47,657 nt of DNA from Planctomycetaceae bacterium (GTDB lineage: Bacteria > Planctomycetota > Planctomycetia > Pirellulales > UBA1268): positions 1 to 47,657 of the forward strand of contig JBJSXB010000129.1 in assembly GCA_046086245.1 (NCBI GenBank). Direction: 5' to 3'. Under the pieces are notes generated by a model. That model was not told the DNA's origin and did no database searches. It worked only from the letters and a program-made list of their open reading frames with translations. Position numbers and translations under genes: made by a program. Every line of letters begins with the position of its first letter. Position 1 is the first letter of the stretch. Of this stretch, positions 9,419 through 19,526 are shown piece by piece.

Positions 9419-9918
9419 TCGCCCCGACGCCCCTGGTGGCGATCCACCCGTTGGCGACCACCAACGCCGTCCTCAACTGCCTCGCGACCGTGCTCCTGGT
9501 CGTCGGCTGGGTGGCGATCGCGCGCGGACACTGGCGCCTTCACCGTGCGGCGATGGTGGCGGCATTCGCCGTGTCGACGTTGTTTCTCGCCTGCTACCTG
9601 GCCTACCACTGGCTCGTCGGCCACGTCGCCTTTTCGGGGCAGGGGGGGGTGCGGACCGCGTACCTTGCGATCCTCGCCAGCCACGTCGTCCTCGCCGCCG
9701 TCGTGCCCGTGCTGGCGGTGACGATGCTCGTGCTCGCCGCGCGGGGCCGCTGGAATGCCCATCGTCGCCTCGGGCGGGTGACGCTGCCGATCTGGCTGTA
9801 TGTGTCGGTGACCGGGGTGGTGATCTACCTGATGGTGTACGTGCTCTACCCGTCCCCCGCCGACGGCCGGGTCGCGATCGATCGCCAGACCGGCCGAAAG
9901 GTGGCGGCGATACCGTGA
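9415..9918 (+). CDS. DUF420 / CtaM-like oxidase assembly membrane protein
   Basis: NAVLN, H-R-x-x-M, FLACYL-x-YH, ILASH, HRRLGR and WLYVSVTG motifs; ATGA overlap with the SCO gene. Confidence 0.88.
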   Translation: MIAPTPLVAIHPLATTNAVLNCLATVLLVVGWVAIARGHWRLHRAAMVAAFAVSTLFLACYLAYHWLVGHVAFSGQGGVRTAYLAILASHVVLAAVVPVLAVTMLVLAARGRWNAHRRLGRVTLPIWLYVSVTGVVIYLMVYVLYPSPADGRVAIDRQTGRKVAAIP

Positions 9919-10170
9919 CGGTGGCACGGACGCCGTGCGGAAGATGGCGACGGGCAACCGGCGGCTAGAATGACGATGTGGGAGCGTTCGATCGGCGACG
10001 GACGAACGGATGCCTCCTGCGGGCGACACAGTAGGCTCCACGCGAAGGCGAACCCGACGATGACCGAACCGACGACGGCGATCGGACCTCCGGCGCTGCA
10101 GCGGTCGAGCCGACCGCGACCATCACTGACCGGTGGGATGATCCGGCGGTGCTGGCAGGGTATCTGTGGG

Positions 10171-10482
10171 ATGCGGCACGCCGACGCAGCGGCGGACACG
10201 GTGGCACGCTGGCGCCGTCCGCTCGTCGCGGTGCTCGTGCTTTTCGCGATCGGTGCCATGCTGGCCGGAGAGGCTGTCGGTTGCCCGACCTGCAAGGACA
10301 CCCTCGCGGAGGGTGACGCTTCCGCGGCGAACATCGCACGCGGCTACGCCTACAGCATCGTCATCATGCTGGCGATGCCGTTCACGTTGGCCGGTTCGTT
10401 CGGCCTCTACGTCTGGCGGGAAATGCGGCGGCAGCGGTCCGCCGTCGATCAGGATCCGCACCGCGGGGATGTGCGGCGGTGA
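10171..10482 (+). CDS. Small exported/membrane CxxC protein of unknown function
   Basis: Signal-like hydrophobic stretch, then CPTCK, then a GYAYSI-x-x-ML-x-MP TM helix. The start is uncertain (the ORF is open from 9970). Confidence 0.6.
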   Translation: MRHADAAADTVARWRRPLVAVLVLFAIGAMLAGEAVGCPTCKDTLAEGDASAANIARGYAYSIVIMLAMPFTLAGSFGLYVWREMRRQRSAVDQDPHRGDVRR

Positions 10483-11582
10483 CCGACGACCATCTCCGCA
10501 CCGGTGTTCCCGTCGATCGGGCAACCGCCGGCATCCACGGGGATTCGCGGCACGGCGCGCGGTGGTCCGGTCGCGCGGCACGCAACTATCTGTCGGGGAT
10601 GGAACGTCGCCGGCTCTTCGTCCGCGTCGTGCCGCCCGCCCTGGCGATGCTGCTGATGGTCGGGTGGCTGGAACGCCTCTGGCTCCCGCCGACGGCACCT
10701 GCGCCAGCGCCGATCGACACCGTTCTTGCGCGCGGACGGTCCGGGGCGGCGATCGACGACGCGGTGCGAATCGGGGCCGCTGCGGAATCGGAAACCGACG
10801 CGGCTGCGCGGGTCGAAGGCTCACCGGCGGAGGAGCGTGTCCCCTCGTCGTCCTCGGCGACGGACGCAGGGTTGCCAGGGGCGAGCCCCGCGGCCCTGGC
10901 GAGGATCCGTGACGACACGCTGTTCCGATCCGACGATGAGCCCGCCTGGTCGGAGCTCTGCGCCACACTGGCCGCCATGACTGGATGGCCGCCGGCGGCG
11001 GTGCTCGCCCGGCGCGTGACCTTCGCCGACCTGCATGGACAGTCACGGGCGCTCCGCGGGCGCCTCGTGCGCTTTCGTGGCGTCGTCCGTCGGCTCGTGC
11101 CGATCGGCCCCGACGGCATGGCCGCGCCCGACCGACCCCGCTGGCAGGGCTGGATCGAGCCGGAAGGGGGACCGGCAACGCCGATCGTGGTCTATTTCCT
11201 GCGCATCCCCCAGGGCATGCCGCACGGACTTTCCGTCGACGAGACGGTCGACGTCACCGGCTACTTCTTCAAGCGGTGGGCGTATCAGGCGAGCGATGCG
11301 ATCCGTACGGCTCCATTGGTTTTGTCGCTCGAGCCGGCTTGGACTCCCCGCCAGACCGCCTCTCCTGGAGGTCATCGGTGGGGTGGCTGGGGACTGGTGG
11401 CGATGGCGACACTGGTGCTCACGACCTGGCTGGGGCTGCAGGTCGCGGCCCGATCACCGCGGCCGCCACCGCCGCCGGCGACGCTTTCGTGGGAAGGGCT
11501 CGATCTGCCTCCGCGGCCTCCGCATCCGTGGGCCGAACCACCGCCGAACGAGGCCCGCGATGTGGCGGAGCCGACACGATGA
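10479..11582 (+). CDS. Membrane-anchored hypothetical protein (OB-fold-like domain), paralog of the next gene
   Basis: N- and C-terminal TM segments; RGRLVRFRG...P-x-GMP-x-G...VDVTGYFFKRWAY...APLV; GTGA overlap with the previous ORF. Confidence 0.65.
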   Translation: MTDDHLRTGVPVDRATAGIHGDSRHGARWSGRAARNYLSGMERRRLFVRVVPPALAMLLMVGWLERLWLPPTAPAPAPIDTVLARGRSGAAIDDAVRIGAAAESETDAAARVEGSPAEERVPSSSSATDAGLPGASPAALARIRDDTLFRSDDEPAWSELCATLAAMTGWPPAAVLARRVTFADLHGQSRALRGRLVRFRGVVRRLVPIGPDGMAAPDRPRWQGWIEPEGGPATPIVVYFLRIPQGMPHGLSVDETVDVTGYFFKRWAYQASDAIRTAPLVLSLEPAWTPRQTASPGGHRWGGWGLVAMATLVLTTWLGLQVAARSPRPPPPPATLSWEGLDLPPRPPHPWAEPPPNEARDVAEPTR

Positions 11583-12904
11583 CGCGCGGCCGACGGCCAC
11601 GATCGGTGGGCTGCGCGATCGGGATGCTGCTCGTCGGCTCGGCGGCGGCCTTCGCCGAGGCAGGAGACACGCAGTCGCTTCCCGGCTACCTGGCGGCGTT
11701 CGAACTCGACCGCGCCGCGCGGTCGTTTCTCGAGGAGCCGCTGCCGTGGGATGACGCCAAGTCGGCACTCGCCCTGCGGGTTCTCGCCCGGCTCCACCTT
11801 GCGCCCGCCGAGCGGATGGTCGCCTGGGAACGGGAGGCGATGGCGATCGGGGACGAGGTCACCGCGCTTGGCGACCGGCTCGTCCGGGTCGACGGTCGCG
11901 CGGTCCGGGTGGCTCCCGCGGCCGCCGACGCCGCCACCGGGGGTGCGACCACCGCCCGACTGGTTCGCCTGCTCGCCGCCGACGGTCGAGCCGTGGACGT
12001 CCTGGCCGCGGCGGTCCCCGCGGCGTGGCTACAGGGGCGGACGATCGACGAGCCGGCGGAGGTCGTCGGCCTTCCGCTCGCGGTCGGCACCGGCCCCACG
12101 CCCGCGTTCGCAGGCGAGCCTTGGCCGTCTCCACCGCCCGATCTGCTGCTCGCCGGCGGCCGGGTCGCTTGGCATCCAGCCACCGCCCTGGGACGTCTGG
12201 GGATGGACTACGGACTGTTCGACACCGTCGTCGACGGCCGTCCCCTCACCGCCGCGGACGGCGATGCGTTGTACGCGCTGCTCGCGGCGGTCGGACGCGG
12301 CGATACCCCGACCGAGGGAGCCCCACCGATCACCGATCTCATCGATCCCGCGGCGCGCTGGTTCACTCACCACCGGGGGGAACCCGTGCGGATCAGCGGG
12401 GTCTGTCGTCGCGCGACACGTATCGAGATCGACGATCCGCTGCGGCGCGCCCAGGCGGGCACCGATCACTACTGGGAGGTGTTCGTCTTCGTCGAGACGC
12501 CGCTTTTGCAGATCTACGGCCGCATGCACGAGACGTACCCGGTCGTGGGCTGCGTGCGCGAGCTCCCCGCCGGTATGCCGACGGGCCCGACGATCAACGA
12601 GCGCGTCGACGTGGCCGGGTTCGGGTTCAAACGGTACGCCTATCCGCTTCCCCCTACCGCCACCGACGGAGGCGCGCCGCGCCGTCTCGAGGTCCCGCTG
12701 ATCGTGGGCACCCGGGCGATCTGGCGCCCCGCCGCACTCCGGAGCCCGGCCGCGCCGCCGACCGCCGCGATTCCGGCGGTCGTGGTGCCGCTCGCGGCGG
12801 CACTCGGCGCCCTGGCATGGTGGGGCTGGAGCCACGGCCGGCGGCCGCCGCGCCGCACGCTGCCGACCACGCTCCGGCTACCGGACGACGGGCCCGGATC
12901 CTGA
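11579..12904 (+). CDS. Exported hypothetical protein with a C-terminal TM anchor, paralog of the previous gene
   Basis: Signal peptide (AAAFA); HRGEPVRISG...P-x-GMP-x-G...VDVAGFGFKRYAY...VPLI; ATGA overlap. Confidence 0.65.
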   Translation: MTRGRRPRSVGCAIGMLLVGSAAAFAEAGDTQSLPGYLAAFELDRAARSFLEEPLPWDDAKSALALRVLARLHLAPAERMVAWEREAMAIGDEVTALGDRLVRVDGRAVRVAPAAADAATGGATTARLVRLLAADGRAVDVLAAAVPAAWLQGRTIDEPAEVVGLPLAVGTGPTPAFAGEPWPSPPPDLLLAGGRVAWHPATALGRLGMDYGLFDTVVDGRPLTAADGDALYALLAAVGRGDTPTEGAPPITDLIDPAARWFTHHRGEPVRISGVCRRATRIEIDDPLRRAQAGTDHYWEVFVFVETPLLQIYGRMHETYPVVGCVRELPAGMPTGPTINERVDVAGFGFKRYAYPLPPTATDGGAPRRLEVPLIVGTRAIWRPAALRSPAAPPTAAIPAVVVPLAAALGALAWWGWSHGRRPPRRTLPTTLRLPDDGPGS

Positions 12905-13963
<1,059 letters not shown>

Positions 13964-14187
13964 TCGCGCGGGCGGGCCGCCCCGTCTTGCCCGTCCTGCC
14001 CCGTTTGTGGGCCACCGCCGCGTATTGGCATCCCGGCGGGGTTCCGGGGGAGGAGCATCGCCACGCCCTCGTGCGCGCGGCTGTCTGCCGTTGTGGTGCG
14101 TCCCCGGGTTCCGTTAGAACCCGCCGTCCCCGAACCGGCGAGCCCCCCGTCGCGGGAAGGTCTCGCGTCCCGAGGAGGTCCGCGCCG

Positions 14188-14901
14188 ATGGCAGCCCATC
14201 CCCCGAGCGGTGGAACCGACGATCGACTGCCCCTCGAAGCCATGCCGCGTGGCGGACAACGCGTGTCGCGCCCGCGGTCGCCGGTCCGGAGCCACCCGCG
14301 ATTGTTCGTCCCGCAGGGGTACGAGCCCGGATACGCCTATCCACTGCTGGTGTGGCTGCCGGGTACGCGCGGCTTCGACCTCGGTCGTGCGATGAACCGG
14401 GTGAGCACGCGCAACTTCGTCGCGGTCGAGCCGGCGCTGCCGCGTCGCGTGGCGGGACGTGCCGTCCTCGACGACGCCGTGTGGGAAGCGGTGGATACCG
14501 CCGCGGAACGCTGCCACGTGCACCCCGACAGGGTCTTCCTCGTCGGGCGCGGCACCGGCGGCACCGACGCCTTCCGCGTCGCCTTCCGCCACGCCGAACG
14601 GTTCGCGGGGATGGTTTCACTCGGCGGGAGTTTTCCCCATGCCGAGGCGCTGTTCGCGAAACTGGCGGCGGTGCGGCGTCTCCCGGTGCTCTTTTGCTGC
14701 CGCCACGATGCCGCCGACGCCATGGCGGCGACCACCGCGCTGACGCTCCGGTTGTTCCACGCGGCCGGCGCCCAGCTGTCGATGCGGATCTACCGCGAGT
14801 CGCACGACCTGGCGGCGCCGATCCTTCGCGACGTCAATCGCTGGCTGATGGACGAGGTCTGCGGTGGCGTCGCCGCGGACGAACGGATCGGCTCCACCTG
14901 A
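14188..14901 (+). CDS. Alpha/beta-hydrolase-fold protein lacking the catalytic Ser
   Basis: LFVP-x-x-YEP-x-YAYPLLVWL and 'PDRVFLVGRGTGG' at the nucleophile elbow, plus a C-terminal His (ESHDL); GAGGAGG RBS at 14172-14178. Confidence 0.75.
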   Translation: MAAHPPSGGTDDRLPLEAMPRGGQRVSRPRSPVRSHPRLFVPQGYEPGYAYPLLVWLPGTRGFDLGRAMNRVSTRNFVAVEPALPRRVAGRAVLDDAVWEAVDTAAERCHVHPDRVFLVGRGTGGTDAFRVAFRHAERFAGMVSLGGSFPHAEALFAKLAAVRRLPVLFCCRHDAADAMAATTALTLRLFHAAGAQLSMRIYRESHDLAAPILRDVNRWLMDEVCGGVAADERIGST

Positions 14902-14926
14902 ACGCACTCGACCGCCGGAACCCACG

Positions 14927-15397
14927 ATGGACGACAGCCGCACCGCCGACCCCGAGCCGATCATCTTCCCGCTGCGTGGCGGCGACGCCGCGGGCGGACC
15001 GACGTGGGTCCGCGCCCGGAGCATCGTCGATGCCGCGGCCACCGATGCCGCCGTGACGATCGACGTCCCCGACGGCCACGTGCTCCACGTCGATCCCGCG
15101 CTGCTCACCGGTCTCCTTCGCCAGTGGGTCGATCGCGCGTGCCGCGTCACGGCGGCCTCGACCGTCATCGGACGCCGCGAGGTCGTGGTGACCAGCGTCC
15201 TCCTTCCCGATGCCATCGAACTGGAGGTCGCCGACTCTGGCGACGCGCCCGACGCCGCCGACAGCGCCTGGTTCACGCGGCAGGCGGCCGTCGCGGGCCG
15301 GCTGGGAGCGACGCTCGACGTCCGTCCGTGCGCCGAGGGTGGTACCGCCCTCACGCTCCGCTTCGCGCGCCGGCTCACCGAGCGGCGCGCCGCCTGA
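14927..15397 (+). CDS. Degenerate stand-alone HATPase_c-like domain
   Basis: IELEVADSG (G1/D box) and 'GATLDVRPCAEGGTALTLRF' (G3-like) are present; the N-box Asn and G2 box are not recognisable. Confidence 0.55.
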   Translation: MDDSRTADPEPIIFPLRGGDAAGGPTWVRARSIVDAAATDAAVTIDVPDGHVLHVDPALLTGLLRQWVDRACRVTAASTVIGRREVVVTSVLLPDAIELEVADSGDAPDAADSAWFTRQAAVAGRLGATLDVRPCAEGGTALTLRFARRLTERRAA

Positions 15398-15437
15398 CGT
15401 CCTTCTCCGACCGTCGCCACCCGCCCACGGCACCGCC

Positions 15438-16979
15438 ATGGAACATGACGCCTCGCTCACTCCGCCGCGGACGCACATCACGCCGCTCCAGGCGATCGCT
15501 CTGGGGTGCACGGCGGTCGCCATCGCCTGGGGTGCCTGGTCGCTCCGCGACCGTCCGACGAGCGAAGAGGTGGATTTGCTGCCCGGCTCGGTGCTCCCGC
15601 AGTCGGAACTGGCGATCATGGAGGCCGCCTTCGATCGCGCGCAACTCTCGGGCCATCGCACCGACGGCGGCCGGGTGTGGGTGCCACGGGCGCGGCACAG
15701 CGCCTACATGCGGGCACTGGTCGACGCGGAGGCTTTGCCGCGCGAATTCGGCGCCAGCCTGCGCCGCGCGCTGGCCAGCAACGGGCCGTGGACGAGCACT
15801 TCGCTCCGCGCCGACACCCTGCGCGTCGCCATCCAGGACGAACTGGCCCTCGTGCTCTGCTCCATGCCGGGCATCGAACGAGCCGCCGTGCTGTACGATG
15901 ACGCGCCCAAAGCCGGGCTCTCCGGCGGGTTCGAGCGGACCGCCAGCGTCAGCATCCGCACCCAACCCGACACCGAGTTGGAGTCGGGGCGGGTCCAGGC
16001 GATCCGTGTCCTCGTCGCATCGGCGATCGCCGGCTTGCCGGTGGAGCGGGTCGCGGTGACCGACCTGCGCAGCGGCCGCGTGTTCGCCGGTCCGGCCGAG
16101 CCGATCGACGGCGCGGGCGATCCGGCACGGGCCGCCCGGCTCGGTCTCGAGCGTGCCACCGTGGCGAAGATCCGCCAGTCGCTCGCCTTCATCCGCGGCG
16201 TGGTCGTCGATGTCACTCTGTCGGGGGCCGGCGCGGCCACCCCCGCCGAGGCCTCCGTGACGGTGCCGGGGGCCGTGGCCGACCACTCCGCCGACACCCG
16301 TCGTGCAGCCGCCGCGAGCGTGAGCCCGGCCGACGCCAACGCGCCCGCCGCGATCGACGGACGGGCGCATGACAAGGCCGCCGGCGGCGACGATCGCGTC
16401 GTCGGACCGGTGCCGAGCGGAAGTCCCACGGCTCCGGAAGGATCGCTCCAGGTGCTGGTGGCAGTGCCCGACGTCTACTTCGATTCGGTGGTGGCGGCGG
16501 CCCGTGACCGGCGGCTACGGCGCGGCGGCACCGACGCCTGGACCGAAGACGACGCCGATCGCGCGGAGGCGGTCGAGATCGAACGCCTCACCACGTTGGT
16601 GTCGACGATGCTGCCCGACGTCGGTCCCGCGGTTCGACCCCGGATCGTCGTCGCACCCTTCACCAGCGGCCTCGCCACCCCGCGGGCGACGACCGACGCC
16701 GGCGACGCGGCCAGCGCCGCCGCGGCGCTCGCCGCCTGGTGGCGCCACGGCGACCAGGCAGACGCGGTGCGACGCCTCGGACCGATGGTGCTGTGTTGCC
16801 TGTCGGCCGTGGTGCTGGCGGCGGTGCTGTGGCGCAGCGGCGCAGCGCAACGCGATGCGACCGGCCCGACGCTGCACGGTGCGGTAGGCGGTGCCGTGGC
16901 CGGTGACGAACGACGCGCGCCCGCCACCGTGCCACTCCCGTCGGCCGCCGCACCCGAGCGGTGGCGGGAGGCTGCCTGA
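15438..16979 (+). CDS. fliF: Divergent FliF/YscJ-family ring-forming protein
   Basis: N-terminal TM; 'IQDELALVLCSMPGIERAAV', 'TASVSI' and 'VQAIRVLVASAIAGL-x-x-ERVAVTD' match the YscJ/FliF ring-building motif; second TM near the C-terminus. Confidence 0.75.
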   Translation: MEHDASLTPPRTHITPLQAIALGCTAVAIAWGAWSLRDRPTSEEVDLLPGSVLPQSELAIMEAAFDRAQLSGHRTDGGRVWVPRARHSAYMRALVDAEALPREFGASLRRALASNGPWTSTSLRADTLRVAIQDELALVLCSMPGIERAAVLYDDAPKAGLSGGFERTASVSIRTQPDTELESGRVQAIRVLVASAIAGLPVERVAVTDLRSGRVFAGPAEPIDGAGDPARAARLGLERATVAKIRQSLAFIRGVVVDVTLSGAGAATPAEASVTVPGAVADHSADTRRAAAASVSPADANAPAAIDGRAHDKAAGGDDRVVGPVPSGSPTAPEGSLQVLVAVPDVYFDSVVAAARDRRLRRGGTDAWTEDDADRAEAVEIERLTTLVSTMLPDVGPAVRPRIVVAPFTSGLATPRATTDAGDAASAAAALAAWWRHGDQADAVRRLGPMVLCCLSAVVLAAVLWRSGAAQRDATGPTLHGAVGGAVAGDERRAPATVPLPSAAAPERWREAA

Positions 16980-17584
16980 TGTGGCGCACCCGGTCGGTGT
17001 CGCGCGGCCTGCTCACGCTGGCGTTGCTGCTCGTCTGCACCGGCGCCGCGCGGAGTGACGACGACGGACCCGACGAACGGGCCTCCGCGCCGGAGAGGCT
17101 CGCCGCGCCGGCGCACCTCGATCTCGAACCGATGCCACCGCGCGATCAGCCCCCACGGACGGCAAGCGGCTCCCGTGCGACCTCGTGGCCGTGGCAGGTG
17201 GCGGCGTTTCTCGCCACGCTCGCCGCGGCCGTGGCGCTTCTCCGCGGGATCGGACCGCGTCCGGACCGATCGGCGACGTCGGCGACGCTCGCGTTGGAAG
17301 GCACGTTGGCACTGGGTCCGCAGCACGGTCTGCGCCTGGTGCGCTTTGGCCGCCGCATCCTGCTGATCGGGCTCGCCCCCGGTGGTTGTTCGCTGATCGC
17401 CGAGGGGGACGAGTCGCTCGGGGAAGGGATCGCGACGGCCACCCCCGGCGTCGAGCCGACGCGCGGGCCACTCGGTGCGCCGCCGGACGATCCCGACCGG
17501 TCGACGACGCCCGCGGGGATGCCGCGTGCGCCCGCCCCCACCACCGTCGCCGATCATGCTCCTCCGTCGCGCGGTGCCGCATGA
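16979..17584 (+). CDS. fliO: FliO-like protein
   Basis: TM followed by 'LALEGTLALGPQHGLRLVRFGRRILLIG' (FliO cytoplasmic pattern); directly before fliP; TGATG overlap. Confidence 0.7.
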   Translation: MWRTRSVSRGLLTLALLLVCTGAARSDDDGPDERASAPERLAAPAHLDLEPMPPRDQPPRTASGSRATSWPWQVAAFLATLAAAVALLRGIGPRPDRSATSATLALEGTLALGPQHGLRLVRFGRRILLIGLAPGGCSLIAEGDESLGEGIATATPGVEPTRGPLGAPPDDPDRSTTPAGMPRAPAPTTVADHAPPSRGAA

Positions 17585-18405
17585 TCCGGGCCTTACGCCG
17601 CGCCGCGGCCACCGCGCTGATCCTGTTCGTCTCCGCCGGCGCGCCGGCCGTGGCGGATGGGAACGGCGATCCGCCCGACCGCGCGGCCGGGGATGCGGTG
17701 ACGGCGCTGGAGTTGCCCTGGGCCGGGGTGGTGTCGCGTTGGATCGGCGGCCGCTCCCTCGACGCCTCGCTGTCGGCGGCGGTGCTGTTCGGCGTGGCGA
17801 GCCTCGCACCGGCGCTGGTGCTCATGACCACGTCCTTCGTACGGATCTCGATCGTCCTCACCCTCCTGCGGCAGGGTCTCGCCGCGCAACTCCCGTCGAA
17901 CCAGGTGATCGCCAGCCTCGCCCTGTTCTTGTCGGCGCTGGTGATTTGGCCGGTCTGGACCCAGGCCTGGAGCGATGGTGTCGGCCCCTATCAAGCGGGG
18001 CAGATCGACCTTTCCACCGCCGTCGCCCGCGGCAGTTTGCCAGTGCGGCGTTGGATGGCGACCCAGATCGAGGATGCCGGCAATCGTGACACGATGTTGC
18101 TTTTCCTGCAGCGGCATCCCGCACGCCCCGCGGGGATCCGCAGCTACGACGACGTCCCGCTCGAGAGCCTCCTGCCGGCGTTTCTCGTCAGCGAACTCGA
18201 CGTCGCCTTCGGCATCGGCTTCCGGCTCCTGCTTCCCTTCCTGATGATCGACCTGCTGGTCGCCACGCTGATCGTGGCCTCGGGATTGGTGACGGTGTCG
18301 CCGACCGTCGTGGCCCTGCCGCTGAAGCTGATGGTGTTCGTCATGGCCGACGGGTGGACCCTCGTGGTGCGTGCGCTGCTCGACGGGCTCCTTCCGTCCG
18401 GCTGA
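17581..18405 (+). CDS. fliP: Flagellar/T3SS export gate protein FliP (divergent)
   Basis: Signal peptide, TSFVRISIV-x-x-LLRQ, PSNQV, LLPAF-x-x-SEL, PFLMIDL and LPLKL-x-x-FV-x-x-DGW motifs. Confidence 0.92.
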   Translation: MIRALRRAAATALILFVSAGAPAVADGNGDPPDRAAGDAVTALELPWAGVVSRWIGGRSLDASLSAAVLFGVASLAPALVLMTTSFVRISIVLTLLRQGLAAQLPSNQVIASLALFLSALVIWPVWTQAWSDGVGPYQAGQIDLSTAVARGSLPVRRWMATQIEDAGNRDTMLLFLQRHPARPAGIRSYDDVPLESLLPAFLVSELDVAFGIGFRLLLPFLMIDLLVATLIVASGLVTVSPTVVALPLKLMVFVMADGWTLVVRALLDGLLPSG

Positions 18406-18423
18406 CCCGCAGGAGCCGATCCG

Positions 18424-18675
18424 ATGACCGAATGGTGCGACCTCGTGCGCCACGCGCTGTGGACCCTTTTGCTCGTCGCCGCGCCGCTCCTCGCCGCCGG
18501 CGTCGTCGTCGCCGTGGTGGTGGGTATCGCCCAAGCGGCGACCGGTATCCAGGAGCCGTTGCTGGCATTGGCGCCGCGTCTGCTCGCGATGGCGGCGGTG
18601 CTGCTGGTCGGTCTGCCGTGGATGGCGGAGCGCCTGGTCGAACTGTTGGTGCACAGCGTTCTGCCGCCGCCCTGA
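18424..18675 (+). CDS. fliQ: Export gate protein FliQ (divergent)
   Basis: 83-aa hydrophobic protein with QAATGIQE-x-x-L-x-x-x-PR and PWM; directly after fliP. Confidence 0.88.
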   Translation: MTEWCDLVRHALWTLLLVAAPLLAAGVVVAVVVGIAQAATGIQEPLLALAPRLLAMAAVLLVGLPWMAERLVELLVHSVLPPP

Positions 18676-18700
18676 CGACGTCTCCCCCACGGCCCCGGTC

Positions 18701-19507
18701 GTGACGATGCCCTCGTCGCTCCCCCCTCTCGACGCCGTGATCGTCGCCTGCCTGGCGGGCGGGGCGGCGGTGCGCGTGGCGACCGCGGGGGCCGCCGCGG
18801 TGCGTGGTGCGCTGCCCGACCTGCCGTCCCAGGCACTGACGGGCATCGTGGTCGGATTGCTCGTCGCCGTGGCGCCCACGGTCATCGGCCGCCCGTGGCC
18901 CGAGGGGAGCGCCTTCGCGGGGTGGGGGAGTGTACCGGCAGTCCTGCTCGGCGAGGCGTTGTGCGGGTGGATCCTCGGCACGGTCGCCGCCGCCGCTTGC
19001 GGCATCGGCGGCTGGGGCGGGACGATCCTCGCCGGCACTTCGGGGCTGGCGCTGGAAGGCGACGTTCCCGCCGGCGATCCGCAGGGCGGAAGCCTGGCGC
19101 GGCTCGGGTGGTGGATCGGTGCGATGGCGTTCCTCGCCGCCGGCGGGGCACGGTTTCTCGTCGTCGCCTTGATCGCGAGCTTCGACCGCATCCCCGTCGG
19201 CGCGCTGGGGGGCGTCGGCGTGCCACCCGACCTCGCCGCGACCGTCGGCACGTTGCCGGCGCTCATCCTGGAGATGGCGGTCGGCTTGGCGGTGCCGGCC
19301 CTGGTCGCCGTCGTCGCCGCGAACCTGGCGGTCGCGATCGGCCTCCGCGTTCTGGGAATCGCTTCCCCGGCCGGAATCATCCCCACGCTGACGGCGCTGG
19401 TGGTGCTGGCGACCCTGGTGGTTATGGCCCCGGCCTGGGGCGATCGCGCCGCCGTGGCGGCCTGGTCGATCCTCGACCAGGCGGGCACCCTCGTGCCGCA
19501 CCGCTGA
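18701..19507 (+). CDS. fliR: Export gate protein FliR (highly divergent)
   Basis: Multi-TM protein between fliQ and flhB, with 'LGEALCG-x-x-LG', 'FLAAGG-x-x-x-L-x-x-AL-x-x-SF-x-x-IP' and 'LAVP' patterns. Confidence 0.7.
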   Translation: MTMPSSLPPLDAVIVACLAGGAAVRVATAGAAAVRGALPDLPSQALTGIVVGLLVAVAPTVIGRPWPEGSAFAGWGSVPAVLLGEALCGWILGTVAAAACGIGGWGGTILAGTSGLALEGDVPAGDPQGGSLARLGWWIGAMAFLAAGGARFLVVALIASFDRIPVGALGGVGVPPDLAATVGTLPALILEMAVGLAVPALVAVVAANLAVAIGLRVLGIASPAGIIPTLTALVVLATLVVMAPAWGDRAAVAAWSILDQAGTLVPHR

Positions 19508-19526
19508 ACACCGTCGCGAGACCACG

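Noticed and set aside
16960-16981. Shared C-terminal 'WREAA/WREASA' in the FliF-like protein and CtaA as a sorting motif
   Set aside because: It is explained by the embedded GGAGG Shine-Dalgarno for the overlapping downstream gene.
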